Shown: one piece after another, positions 1 to 7,800 of the stretch
Layout of the letters: each line of letters opens with the position of its first letter
Numbering within the stretch: the stretch's first letter is position 1
Assembly (NCBI GenBank): GCA_964401245.1
Contig: CAYNXV010000001.1
Span: forward strand, 1 to 11,698
Length of the DNA: 11,698 bases
Direction: 5' to 3'
Source: an uncultured Bifidobacteriales bacterium
GTDB taxonomy: Bacteria; Fibrobacterota; Fibrobacteria; UBA11236
Program-made: the position numbers and the translations under genes
The notes under the pieces: model-generated
Database searches by the model: none
What the model saw: only the letters and a program-made list of their open reading frames with translations
What the model was told of the DNA's origin: nothing

Positions 1-1
1 A

Positions 2-106
2 ATTGCCTCTGAAGATGCTTCGACTCGCATTGGTTTACCAGAAACAAAATTAGGCATAATTCCTGGCTTTGGCGGTTGCGTTCGATTACCTAGATGTTTG
101 TGGTAG
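2..106 (+). CDS. 3' end of a crotonase-fold (enoyl-CoA hydratase/isomerase family) reading frame; 5' part lies outside the window. The frame stops right after the conserved oxyanion-hole segment, so it is C-terminally short for the family (possible pseudogene or remnant).
   Basis: Frame 2 translates to [34 protein letters not shown]. This matches the crotonase signature (A-x-E-D-A ... FGLPE-x-LGxxPGxGGTQRLPRxVG). An in-frame TAG at 104-106 falls where family members continue for about 100 more residues. None of the three frames downstream shows crotonase-like sequence. Confidence 0.45.
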   Translation: MASEDASTRIGLPETKLGIIPGFGGCVRLPRCLW

Positions 107-181
107 CCTGCCTGGGAAGAAAGCAGAAGTTTAGGATTACAAAATAATGTCCAACTATTTATTAACAGAGGCAGGCCCAAC

Positions 182-1120
182 CTAGTCCGGATCAACACTC
201 CGAAGATATGTTCTAACCTGGTGCCGGAACTGATCATAGCTCAGTTTAAGACGTTGGGAAGCCTCCTTCTGGTTACCGGAACTTTCCTCCAAAGCTCGAA
301 CCAATAACTGACGTTTGAAAGCCACCACCTGTTCCTCATACCCGCTTTCACTCGGCATGCGCGACCCGGAAATTTCCGGTGGGAGGTCTTCCACCGAAAT
401 GACTTCGTCCAAGGAGTAGCAACAGCACCGTTCCACGACATTTTTCAGTTCCCGGATATTCCCCGGCCAGTGATACTCCTGCAAACGTTTCATAGCGTGA
501 GGACTAAAACTTGCGGCCTCCAGATTTGGAATTTCCTCCTTCAAAACCTTTACGAAATACTCGACCAGGAGAGGGATTTCCTCCCTTCTATTACGAAGTG
601 GGGGCAATTCCAAGGTGGCGAAGGCCAACCTGTCATATAAATCCGCCCTGAAGTCCCCGCTCGATATAAGTGCTTCCAGATCCGCGTTGGTCGCGCTCAC
701 TATGCGTACGTCAACCTTGATGGTCTCGTTGCCCTTCAGTCTTTGAAATTGCTGGTACTCGACTACACGGAGAATTCGTTCCTGGAAGGTCGGGCTCATG
801 TTCCCCACCTCGTCCAAAAAAAGGGTTCCGCCATTTGCCTGTTCCAACTTGCCGGAATACCGACGGTCGGCTCCGGTGAAGGCCCCCTTTTCGTGGCCAT
901 ATATCTCGGCCCCCGACAACTCGTCGTTGAAACCGGCACAATTCAAAGCGACGAAAGTCCTCTCCGCCCTCGGACTCCGGTCATGGAGATTCCGGGCAAT
1001 CAACTCCTTGCCCGTACCCCGCTCACCCCGGATCAAAACGGGCCGGGGAAGGCGGGCCACTCTCTCCAATTGCTGAAGCAGTGTTACCATGGCCGGTGAT
1101 GAGGCGATTCCTGGAAACAT
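182..1120 (-). CDS. pspF: PspF-type sigma54-dependent transcriptional activator (AAA+ enhancer-binding protein without an N-terminal receiver domain, with a C-terminal HTH).
   Basis: 312 aa. Walker A GERGTGKE. GAFTGA sigma54-contact motif in ...EIYGHEKGAFTGA... Walker B TLFLDEV. Conserved LRVVEY, RVGG-like segment, RADLYDRLA, WPGNIRELKNVVER. C-terminal HTH NQKEASQRLKLSYDQFRHQV. The length and the lack of a regulatory N-domain match PspF rather than NtrC. It is divergent from pspA. Confidence 0.88.
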   Translation of the reverse strand: MFPGIASSPAMVTLLQQLERVARLPRPVLIRGERGTGKELIARNLHDRSPRAERTFVALNCAGFNDELSGAEIYGHEKGAFTGADRRYSGKLEQANGGTLFLDEVGNMSPTFQERILRVVEYQQFQRLKGNETIKVDVRIVSATNADLEALISSGDFRADLYDRLAFATLELPPLRNRREEIPLLVEYFVKVLKEEIPNLEAASFSPHAMKRLQEYHWPGNIRELKNVVERCCCYSLDEVISVEDLPPEISGSRMPSESGYEEQVVAFKRQLLVRALEESSGNQKEASQRLKLSYDQFRHQVRTYLRSVDPD

Positions 1121-1192
1121 GGTTGATAATTATATCAAAAACCGTAGGAAATGTGTGATCCCGATCGGAATTGCCAGGCTTTTTCAAAAAAG

Positions 1193-1227
1193 TGGTGATT
1201 TTCACCAATGAGTGGCGTAATTCACCA
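1193..1227. promoter_or_regulatory. Two adjacent 15-bp inverted repeats, putative PspF upstream activating sequences (UAS). The first is the perfect palindrome TGGTGA-TTT-TCACCA (1193-1207). The second is the imperfect TGGCGT-AAT-TCACCA (1213-1227).
   Basis: A perfect 6-3-6 palindrome and a near-copy 20 bp away centre to centre (two helical turns). They lie about 70-85 bp upstream of the sigma54 -24 element, in the pspF/pspA divergent intergenic region. This geometry is typical of enhancer-binding-protein dimer sites. Confidence 0.4.
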
Positions 1228-1277
1228 TCGAAAAATGTTAAGATTTATGTTTTCAAGACGATTTTATGAATTCCGAT

Positions 1278-1292
1278 TGGCACAATAATCGC
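1278..1292 (+). promoter_or_regulatory. sigma54 (RpoN) -24/-12 promoter for the pspA operon.
   Basis: TGGCAC-aataa-TCGC: GG (1279-1280) and GC (1291-1292) are separated by exactly 10 nt, matching TGGCAC-N5-TTGCW. It lies about 45 bp upstream of the pspA ATG and downstream of the palindromes. A divergent sigma54 activator gene sits next to it. Confidence 0.6.
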
Positions 1293-1336
1293 GTTAACCT
1301 CCTTACAAACCTGTACACCCGATAAGGAGGCCGGTC

Positions 1337-2074
1337 ATGGGCATACTCAAGCGTTTAAAGGAAATCATCGAAGGTAATATCCACGAGCAACTGGATAGGG
1401 TAGACGATCCTGAAGCCCGGATCAATCAGATTCTCAGGGACCTCGAAACCGGTTTGGTTGAATTACGACAAACATTGGCCAATGCCATGGCCAACCATCA
1501 TATCAGCCTCCAAAACCGAGATAACCTGGTAAAAGAAGCCCAGGAATGGGACGACCACGCCGCCCGTGCGCTCAAAGCCGGTGACGAACCCCTAGCGCTG
1601 AAAGCCCTGGAAAAAAAACTGTATTACAAAAATAGAATTCATATGGCCGAGGAACAGGTCGCAGATGACGCCGCGCTTGTCGAACAGATAAGAGGTGACC
1701 TGCTCCGGGTGGAGGAGCGATACCACGAAGTCCGAGTCCGCAGAGACACGCTGGTTGCGCGCAATCGCAGTGCCTCCGCTAGAGGACGAGTTTTGGGAGC
1801 CACCGACAAGTTAGAGGGTCGATTACCCGGATTGGGCCATGCCGACGATGCAGTGCGCCGGATGGATGATTTGGAAACAAAGCTGGATCATACCTATGCC
1901 CAATATCAGGCCCGGGTACAATTGGCTACCGAAGGGATTGCGGGCGACGTCGAGCGTCAGGTAAAGGCGCTCAAGGCCAAGGAGGACTTAGACGCTGAAA
2001 TGGCCTCGCTAAAAGCGAGAATTTCGAGAACGGATTCCCAATCCAGTGGCGATACGAGTCCGTACAATGGCTGA
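1337..2074 (+). CDS. pspA: Phage shock protein A (PspA/IM30/Vipp1 family, ESCRT-III-like coiled-coil membrane-stress effector).
   Basis: 245 aa. N-terminus MGILKRLKEIIEGNIHEQLDRVDDPEARINQILRDLETGLVELRQTLA aligns with the E. coli PspA N-terminus ([44 protein letters not shown]). Predicted all coiled coil. AAGGAGG RBS at 1324-1330. Directly downstream of the sigma54 promoter. Confidence 0.88.
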   Translation: MGILKRLKEIIEGNIHEQLDRVDDPEARINQILRDLETGLVELRQTLANAMANHHISLQNRDNLVKEAQEWDDHAARALKAGDEPLALKALEKKLYYKNRIHMAEEQVADDAALVEQIRGDLLRVEERYHEVRVRRDTLVARNRSASARGRVLGATDKLEGRLPGLGHADDAVRRMDDLETKLDHTYAQYQARVQLATEGIAGDVERQVKALKAKEDLDAEMASLKARISRTDSQSSGDTSPYNG

Positions 2075-2107
2075 CGGAAGAACGAGGGCGGAGCAACGGA
2101 GGAGATT

Positions 2108-2743
2108 ATGGCGCTAGGGTTTCTTTTACCGGAATGGTTGCGTGAGTTCCTGATTTTTTCGGTCCAAAGGTCTCAGCTACCCTATACCATTATCCTGTTA
2201 TGCCTGCTCGTGTACTGGGTTCTGGTGATTGCCGGGGCTTTCGATATCGAGTTTTTCGGGGTGGATGTCGACGCGGATTTGGAAACACCCGAGGGCCCAT
2301 TCCAATGGCTCCTTTCTCTATTCAACATCGGCGAGCTGCCAGTAATGGTGATCATATCTTTCATGATATTGGGACTTTGGACCACTGCCATGATCACGGG
2401 CATGTTTATGCCGGAAGGAGTATCCTGGCTTTTCCGGCTGGCTTTATTGCCGGCCAATATCATCATCGGAGCGATGCTGGCATTGCCTTTAATAAAGCCG
2501 GTAGCCTGGCTGTTCCGCCAGAACGCGGCATCCCGGGAGATAATCAGGGAGGAAGGAAGCCTGGCAAACCTGCGCTCCTCTCTCGAACCTGGATTTATGG
2601 GCCAGGCGCTGATAAACCGAAGGGGAACCCCCGTGATTCTTAATGTGAAACTGGCGGAGGGAGAAGCATCCCTCAATTCGGGTTCCGAAGTAGTTGTCCT
2701 TGCCAAAGAAGGTGATTTTTACCGCGTCAAAAGGTTCAGCTGA
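2108..2743 (+). CDS. YqiJ-like (DUF1449 / NfeD-type) inner-membrane protein, the usual partner of YqiK flotillin. Multi-pass membrane N-terminal part and C-terminal OB-fold-like soluble domain.
   Basis: 211 aa. Hydrophobic helices (IILLCLLVYWVLVIAGAF; LPVMVIISFMILGLWTTAMITGMF; LALLPANIIIGAMLALPLI). Acidic D-x-D-x-D loop FFGVDVDADLETPEG. C-terminal beta-rich tail (TPVILNVKLAEGEASLNSGSEVVVLAKEGDFYRVKRF). GGAGG RBS at 2098-2102. 33 bp after pspA and immediately before the flotillin gene, the same order as the E. coli yqiJ-yqiK pair. Confidence 0.65.
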   Translation: MALGFLLPEWLREFLIFSVQRSQLPYTIILLCLLVYWVLVIAGAFDIEFFGVDVDADLETPEGPFQWLLSLFNIGELPVMVIISFMILGLWTTAMITGMFMPEGVSWLFRLALLPANIIIGAMLALPLIKPVAWLFRQNAASREIIREEGSLANLRSSLEPGFMGQALINRRGTPVILNVKLAEGEASLNSGSEVVVLAKEGDFYRVKRFS

Positions 2744-2765
2744 ACCGCAAATAGGAGATAAAACC

Positions 2766-4862
2766 ATGTTAGATAATTTCATCAACCTCATTGGGGGACT
2801 GGGAGCCGTGCTGGCCATCATCAGCGTTTTGCTGTTCTTCGGCATCATGGCTTTCGTAGTCAAGCTTTTCAAAAAGGTTCCCCAGGGTCAGGCCATTGTC
2901 CGGACCGGTTGGGGTAAGCCTAGAGTCAGTTTTACCGGCATGTTCGTCATACCAGTCCTCCACCGCATGGAAGTCATGGATATAAGCGTCAAAAGGGTTG
3001 ATATAGATAGGATGAAGGAGGATGGGCTGATTTGCCGCGACAACCTTCGAGCGGATATTAAGGTGACCTTTTTCGTCGGAGTTAATAATACCGAGCAGGA
3101 TGTGCTCAAAGTGGCCCAATCCCTGGGGGTTTCCAAGGCGAGCGATCCACAGGCATTGCGCGATTACTTCGATTCCAAGTTCTCGGACGCCCTGAAAACA
3201 GCGGGGAAACAGTTTGACTTCGTTGACCTTTATGAAAAGCGCAATGGTTTTCGCAGCGCCATTCTGGGAGAAATTGGAACCGATCTGAACGGCTACCATC
3301 TCGACGATGCCGCCATCGACTATCTTGAGCAAACCGCCTTGGAGCATTTGAATACCAAAAACATTCTCGATGCCGAGGGAATCAAGAAGATCACGGAATT
3401 GACTGCAGCCCAGAACATCCTGGCGAACAATATTCGCAATGAAGAGAAAAAAGTCATAACCAAACAGGACGTGGAAGCGCGGGAAGCCATCCTGGAACTG
3501 GAAAGGCAATTGGCGGAAGCGGAGGAAAAACAACGTCGCGAGGTTGAATCGGTGAAGGCAAGGGAAGTCGCCGAAACCCGTAAAATCCAGGAGGAGCAAC
3601 GTCTCAAATCCGAAAGAGCTCGCATAACCAGCGACGAGGAAATCGCCATCGCTGAGGAGAACAAGGACAGGCAAATCATTGTCGCCCAAAAGAACAAGGA
3701 ACGTACCGACGCCGTAGAAACTGAAAGAGTGAAGAAGGATCAGGAATTGGAAGCGACGGAGCGAATAAAGGCAGTAAGTCTGGCCGACATCGAAAAGGAC
3801 AAGGCCATCGAAGTGGAAAAGAAGAACATCCAATTCATCATAAAGGAACGGGTGGTGGTGGAAAAGGCCGTAGTGGTCGAAGAGGAGAAAATCAAAGATA
3901 CCCGCGAATGGGCCGAGGCGGATCGTATCAAAAAGGTCGCCATTACCGGAGCCGAACAATTGGCTGAGGAGGCGCTCATAGCCGAAGTGAAGGCTGCCGA
4001 CGCCAAACGCCAATCAGCGGAGCTCTATGCCAAGGAAATCATCATCAAATCGGAAGCCGAAAGGGAAGCTAGCGCGCGCAAGGCCGAGGCTATGAAGCTT
4101 TTGGCCGAAGGACAAGTGGCCGAGGTGGCTGCACCTGGATTGGGCAAGGCCAAGATACAGGAAGCCATGGCCGACGCCCTGCAAAAAGAAGGGACGGCGG
4201 AAGCAACTGTAATAGAACGCAAGGGATTCGCTGCAGCCACGGTCACCGAAAAACAAGGAACCGCAGAAGCTGCGATCATCCAGAAAAAAGGCACCGCTGA
4301 AGCCAACATCATGCACGCCAAGTACCACAGCGAAGCGGAAGGTATCAAGGAAAAGGCCGACGCCATGAAAATACTGGACGCCGTCGGAAAGGATCACGAG
4401 GAGTTCAAGCTCAAGCTCGACAAGGAACTCCAGGTCGATCTGGCGGGCATAGATATGCAGCGTCAACTGGCGGAATCGCAGGCAGAAGTCATACGTGAAG
4501 GCCTCAGAACCGCCCGCATAGACATAGTGGGAGGCGAAAGTACGTTTTTCGAGCAAATCGCCGGGGCCATCACCAAGGGGAAAACCTGGGATCGCATGGT
4601 CGACAATTCCGCTGTGCTCAGAGACGTGAAGGACACCTTCTTCAATGGCGACGGAGAATACTTCAAGTCCCAAATGAAAAAGTTCGTGGAGCAATTCGCT
4701 ATCAGCTCGGACGACGTGAAGAATATGAGCGTGGCAGCCTTGCTTGCCAAGATGGTCCAGCTCGCGGATGACAAAAAGGATCGTACCGCCTTGCAATCCA
4801 TGCTTTCGGTGGCCGACGGGATGGGAATGGGAGGCAAAAAAGGCTTCTCACTGCTGGGATGA
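2766..4862 (+). CDS. yqiK: Flotillin-family SPFH/Band-7 protein (YqiK-like): N-terminal TM anchor, SPFH domain, long E/A/K-rich coiled-coil region with EA repeats.
   Basis: ATG at 2766 preceded by AGGAGA (2752-2757). The track's upstream extension begins with TTG at 2694 and overlaps the yqiJ-like gene, so 2766 is preferred. TM segment LIGGLGAVLAIISVLLFFGIMAFVV. SPFH signature QGQAIVRTGWGKPRVSFTGMFVIPVLHRMEVMDISVKRVDI. About 450 aa of charged alpha-helical sequence and a terminal flotillin-like tail. Confidence 0.85.
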   Translation: MLDNFINLIGGLGAVLAIISVLLFFGIMAFVVKLFKKVPQGQAIVRTGWGKPRVSFTGMFVIPVLHRMEVMDISVKRVDIDRMKEDGLICRDNLRADIKVTFFVGVNNTEQDVLKVAQSLGVSKASDPQALRDYFDSKFSDALKTAGKQFDFVDLYEKRNGFRSAILGEIGTDLNGYHLDDAAIDYLEQTALEHLNTKNILDAEGIKKITELTAAQNILANNIRNEEKKVITKQDVEAREAILELERQLAEAEEKQRREVESVKAREVAETRKIQEEQRLKSERARITSDEEIAIAEENKDRQIIVAQKNKERTDAVETERVKKDQELEATERIKAVSLADIEKDKAIEVEKKNIQFIIKERVVVEKAVVVEEEKIKDTREWAEADRIKKVAITGAEQLAEEALIAEVKAADAKRQSAELYAKEIIIKSEAEREASARKAEAMKLLAEGQVAEVAAPGLGKAKIQEAMADALQKEGTAEATVIERKGFAAATVTEKQGTAEAAIIQKKGTAEANIMHAKYHSEAEGIKEKADAMKILDAVGKDHEEFKLKLDKELQVDLAGIDMQRQLAESQAEVIREGLRTARIDIVGGESTFFEQIAGAITKGKTWDRMVDNSAVLRDVKDTFFNGDGEYFKSQMKKFVEQFAISSDDVKNMSVAALLAKMVQLADDKKDRTALQSMLSVADGMGMGGKKGFSLLG
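4186..4320 (+). repeat. Degenerate tandem 33-nt (11-codon) repeats inside the flotillin CDS, encoding KEGTAEATVIER / KGFAAATVTEK / QGTAEAAIIQK / KGTAEANIMHAK.
   Basis: Four consecutive units with conserved G-T/A-A-E-A core at both nucleotide and protein level. This is typical of flotillin C-terminal EA repeats. Confidence 0.5.
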
Positions 4863-7800
4863 GCGCGGAGACCAAGCAACCCGTAGAAGTCCTCGAACAG
4901 GGCACCTACGAGATTATCCAGGCACGCCTGCGGGAACAGACCGAAAACCTGCGGCAGCGCCTGGATAATCTCAATTCGGCTCGTAAGGAGGTTTTCGGGT
5001 CCATCGAAACGACCTTGCTCGGTAACTCCCGGCTCACCACCGAGTATAATTGCAAGCCACGGGATATGGTTAGCATCGGGTCCCGCTTCCTGTTCGGCTT
5101 CAATATCCATATGGGCCTGAAAAGCGTCACCCGCCCGGAAGACGTGTTTTCCATTTATCGCTACTCGGAACAGGAGTTGCTCCCCGATAGTCTTGACGTC
5201 ATCAATGACCCGAGATTCCAGGAAAATTTTCAGGATCTGTACAAGTACTACAAAGACACCGCCTTTAAGCGCTTTTCTCGCCAAGGACCCTTTCTTTTCA
5301 TGGTGTTCCGGGTCGGCAAAGTTGTATCCGACATCAAGGTCTTCAAATGGCTGGTAGAAGGGGAGAACCTGCGCTACGTGGACAATCGGTCCGAGAGCGA
5401 ATACAGGTACCCGTCTCAGCATGAATTCGAATGGACCCGCACCCACCGGGATCGCCATCGTAGCGGCCGCCATCCTCACGTAAGCATCGAGGATAAGGTC
5501 TTTGTCGAAACCGTCGGGGGTAATCTCACCGTCAAAATCGAGGACAATACCGATGATGGAGAGGGGGTTTTCAGCGAACCCGTGGTCAACGCCGATCAAA
5601 CACTGGACGATGCGGAGATCTTTTACGCCTCTCTGGGAAACCTCATCCTCATGAAAATCCGGCCCTACCTTGAGGAGAAATACCGCTATTTCGTTTTCAG
5701 CCAGAAGACCCGGACCTGCCTCAGAATGGACGGTATCGAAAAGGCCTGCGTACTTTTGCCGGACGACCACGGTATCATCTTCTCCAACGGCTATTTTCTA
5801 CAAAATGGAGAGGCCAAGGTATTCGAAAACCCGGCTGCGGACATGCTTTTCGATCGCCGTGTCGCAAGTCCCAATGGCGAAGATACCTTGTTCGCCTTCC
5901 ATGATCGCCAAACGGGCGCTTATAATTTGTTGAGCTACAATCTCATTGAACAAACGGTCGAAATCCCCATAACCTGTCACGGCTTTACGCTTTTCGAGAA
6001 TGGGGTGATGTTGGTATTCCGCGACTCCGGCGAATCTCAGAAGCACCATATGGTTCAGTTCTGGAGAACGCCTTTCACCGGATCGTCCCATATTCTCACA
6101 TCGGAGGAGACCACTTCGGAGGCCCACCGCTTTCTGCTGAAACTGGGCAACAAGGACGTCGTACGGGCCATGGCCGAATGCAGGGAATTGATTACCCTGG
6201 TGGTGAAAGGCGAATCCTACGCCGACGTCTATGCTGACCTGGTTCGCAAATCCGGAACAATCCTCGACACCTATTTCTGGCTCGGAGACGAAAAGGCCGA
6301 AAACCTTGCGGCTGCGGTTTCCTCCTTACGGGATACGAGTAAACAGGCCTTGGATGAATTCGAAAAAGTCAGACGGGTTCGAATCCATACAACCCAGGAG
6401 ATTCACCGCGTTTCCGAAGTCTGCCGCAAGACTCTGGCCGCCATCGCAGCGACCGCATTTTCCGAAATGCAGGAGTTTGTGGATAATCTGGGAAAACTGC
6501 GCACATTGCGGGGGGAGACAATCACCCTGAAGAATTTGCGATATGCGGACCTACCCCAAATCGAAGGGCTTGAAAAGGAGATTGCGGAGGCGCTGTCCCA
6601 CCTCAGCCGGCGCTGCGTCGAATTCCTCCTGCAGCCCGATTCCCTCGATGGGTACCGTACATCCATTCAGGAGGTGGAATCACAAATCCCCGCCATCGCG
6701 AAGGTTGCCGAAGCCGATGAACTCGATAAGCGGCTTGTGCAAAGCGGATCCGAACTGGAACTCCTTATCGATATCGTCTCCAATCTTAAAATAGACGATA
6801 CTACCCAGAGCACTGAAATTGTCGACCGCATCAGCAGCCTGTTTGCGGAGCTCAACAAGTGCAAGGCTTTGTTGCGCAATCGGCGCCAGCAACTTGCGGG
6901 TGTCGAGGCCGCGGCTGAGTTCAACGTGCAAATGAAGCTGCTTGGCCAATCAGTGGTGAATTTTCTCGACTTGGCCGAAACACCCGAGCGGTGCGATGAA
7001 TCGCTTTCCAAGCTCATGGTGCAGCTGGAAGACCTGGAAGGCAAAGTAGCGGGATTCGACGAGTTTCTAGATGAAATTGGTCGTAAACGGGAAGAAATTT
7101 ACGGGGCCTTCGAAAGCCGCAAGATCCGGATTGTCGAGGATCGCAACCGTCAGGTGCAATCCTTGGAGCGTAGCGCCGAACGTATTCTCAAAAGCGTGGC
7201 AAATAAAGTGTCCCACATGGCCACCCCGGTGGAAATTAATGGGTACTTCGCCTCAGACCTCATGGTGGATAAGGCCCGCAGTCTTATAAAGCAGCTGAGA
7301 ACCCTGGGCGATCAAATCAAAGCCGATGGAATCGAAGCCAAGCTCAAGGCCTTGCAGGAGGAAGGACAACGCCAACTCAAGGATAAGCTCGATTTATACG
7401 AAGAGGGACAGGATGTCATCAAGCTGGGACGACATCGCTTCAGCGTCAATCGACAACCTTTGGAATTGACCACGGTACTCAAAGACGATGAATACTGGTT
7501 CCACCTGGGCGGAACCCGCTATTTCGAAAAAATCGAAGACTCTGCGTTTTTAGCCACCCGGCCGGTTTGGGTGCAAACTCTGGTCAGCGAAAATGACTCC
7601 GTGTACCGCGGAGAATACCTGGCATGGCAATTCCTCAAACAGGCCAGGGCCGGTCGCCTTTCGGGCCCTGACGGCGCACTCCTTTCCTGGGTGGAGGCCA
7701 GCGGATTGCGCGGCGAATTTCTGATGATTGTCCTGCATACCTTTATGGCCGGACGATATTCCGAAGGATACGTGAAAGGCCAACACGATGTGGATGCAGC

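Noticed and set aside
2182-2706. 174-aa minus ORF and 147-aa plus ORF (2200-2643) inside the yqiJ-like gene
   Set aside because: Alternative-frame or antisense ORFs with Arg/Gly/Pro-rich low-complexity translations. The frame-1 product has coherent TM helices and a C-terminal beta domain.
2694-2765. Upstream TTG start for the flotillin gene given by the ORF track
   Set aside because: It would overlap the last 50 nt of the yqiJ-like gene and lacks an RBS. The ATG at 2766 has AGGAGA 9-14 nt upstream and begins directly with the TM anchor.
2769-4013. 414-aa minus-strand ORF antisense to the flotillin gene (also 3320-3697, 3740-4006 and 4014-4796 minus)
   Set aside because: Translation is low-complexity L/F/S-rich with no motifs. 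Codons on this strand are simply the stop-free complements of the GAA/GCC/AAG-rich flotillin coiled-coil and EA-repeat region. The sense-strand flotillin call is strongly supported.
4463-5770. 435-aa minus-strand ORF spanning the flotillin 3' end and the 5' end of the giant gene
   Set aside because: It overlaps two well-supported sense CDSs and the ATGA coupling site. It has no recognisable domain or RBS and is most likely an antisense artefact.
6371-6386. GGGTTCGAATCC, identical to the tRNA T-loop consensus
   Set aside because: Flanking bases cannot form a T-stem or any cloverleaf. It lies in the middle of the uninterrupted giant CDS (codons R-V-R-I-H), so it is coincidental.
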